The notes below the pieces were generated by a model that did no database searches, had not been told where the DNA came from, and was given only the letters and a program-made list of their open reading frames with translations. The position numbers were made by a program, and so were the translations under genes. Below are positions 35,222 through 36,148 of a stretch of DNA of 36,148 bases, one piece after another. Every line of letters begins with the position of its first letter. The stretch's first letter is position 1. This stretch comes from an uncultured Eubacterium sp. (GTDB taxonomy: Bacteria > Bacillota > Clostridia > Lachnospirales > Lachnospiraceae): the NCBI GenBank assembly GCA_964601425.1, contig CAZRNI010000002.1, positions 16,967 through 53,114 on the forward strand, read 5' to 3'.

Positions 35222-36148
35222 CAGAGCACCGCCTCCCTTCCCGAATGATGAAAGCGGGGCTGGTCCGCGATCATTTCTGCCTTTTCCGGCTTCAGCGGCG
35301 ATCTTTCCGCCTTCAGGCCTTCCTTTTCTTTAGCAAGCGCCGACAGAACGGATGGTTTCTCTGTGGTCTGTTCCTGCACTTTTTCTTTCTGCTTCTCCAG
35401 TTCTACCTCAATGCCGTCGATCATCTCGCCGGCCGTCCTGCGGATCGTATCCATGGAGGCCTTCAGCTCTTTCATATCTACGGAGCTGCTCCATCCGGCA
35501 ATATACGGGAAGGAATAATCGGACGTATCCAGCATGAAATGGGCACAGACAGCGAAGGCTACGCTTTCTGCCTCGACTTCTTTGGTGTGCCTGTCCTTCA
35601 GCAGACCTTCCGCTTTCATATGATCGCGGTCATGGAGGATCGCATGGCTGACCTCATGAACGCAGGTCTTCATGGTCTGGGCCTCGCTCATGTCTTTCTG
35701 AATGACGATCTCCTTGTTCGCCGTGTGATAGTAGCCTTTTGCGCCGCCTTCGATTTCGTCGAACCGGATCGGAACCGGGGAAAGTGCCGTCATGGCCTTC
35801 ATAAATGCCGGATACCCTTCCGCTGAACCTGTCAGCTCATCTACGCCGATGGTCGGGAGCGGTTCGCCTTCCGTCTGCGCAAGATCAAATACCGAGACCG
35901 GGCGAAAATACAGGCTGATCTTCTCTGTGTTCTGGGCTCCGGGGTCTCCATATGTGGGCTCGGCGCCTTGATGGTTCACGCTGCTGTGATGGTCTGTGCC
36001 GCCGTGATGGTCTGCGCTGTCGTGATCCGTCACGGTCTCAGGATCAGCCTTTTCCTTCACGGGAACCGGAGCCAGGATCGTGATCCCTTTCTCGCCTTTC
36101 TTTACCTGTCTGTGGAATTTCTGCTGCCAGGCGCCGTACCCCGCGACC
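35221..36148 (-). CDS. ArdC-like ssDNA-binding/metallopeptidase-fold antirestriction protein, 5' end outside the window
   Basis: Frame is open to the window edge: VAGYGAWQQKFHRQVKKGEKGITILAP...VFDLAQTEG...HEVSH...EVEAESVAF...YSFPYIAGW. Confidence 0.8.
   Translation of the reverse strand, partial: VAGYGAWQQKFHRQVKKGEKGITILAPVPVKEKADPETVTDHDSADHHGGTDHHSSVNHQGAEPTYGDPGAQNTEKISLYFRPVSVFDLAQTEGEPLPTIGVDELTGSAEGYPAFMKAMTALSPVPIRFDEIEGGAKGYYHTANKEIVIQKDMSEAQTMKTCVHEVSHAILHDRDHMKAEGLLKDRHTKEVEAESVAFAVCAHFMLDTSDYSFPYIAGWSSSVDMKELKASMDTIRRTAGEMIDGIEVELEKQKEKVQEQTTEKPSVLSALAKEKEGLKAERSPLKPEKAEMIADQPRFHHSGREAVL

Larger units (their letters stand above)
23298..36148 (-). mobile_element. Part of an integrative conjugative/mobilisable element; boundaries not visible and cargo may extend further left
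   Basis: ardC-mobC-CD1845-relaxase-HTH order followed by R-M cargo. Confidence 0.7.

Noticed and set aside
356-35826. Many plus-strand ORFs in the ORF track (e.g. 3096-3938, 16018-16710, 32166-32876, 35215-35826)
   Set aside because: They are antisense shadows of well-supported minus-strand genes, with no motifs or RBS.
1-36148. CRISPR array, tRNA/rRNA, IS elements and att sites
   Set aside because: No regularly spaced repeats, RNA-gene signatures or transposase were recognised by eye. Element ends are not identifiable here.

Overview
Firmicutes-type (Clostridiales/Lachnospiraceae-like by gene content) accessory region, almost entirely minus-strand, most likely the mobilisation and cargo part of an integrative conjugative or mobilisable element. 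From right to left: (1) ArdC-like antirestriction gene, mobC, CD1845-like gene, MerR/TipAS regulator, MOB relaxase, a hairpin-rich intergenic region and a Cro/C1 HTH gene. (2) A phase-variable Type I restriction-modification shufflon: hsdR-hsdM-hsdS, a tyrosine recombinase, and oppositely oriented silent hsdS cassettes bounded by 20-30 bp inverted repeats. This gives 2 TRD1 x 3 TRD2 = up to 6 alleles, and one cassette carries an in-frame stop. (3) A run of DNA-repair, nucleic-acid and stress genes: Smr, YjbR, Tag, rhuM remnant, WYL plus DUF2325 protein, flavodoxin, SfsA, and RecD2 fused to DUF4186. (4) A methyltransferase/hydrolase cluster ending in an MptD-family S component, marked by three GTTAG-N6-CTAAC palindromes. 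(5) A Crp/Fnr regulator divergent from a 4Fe-4S protein. All family calls are from recognised motifs, not database searches.
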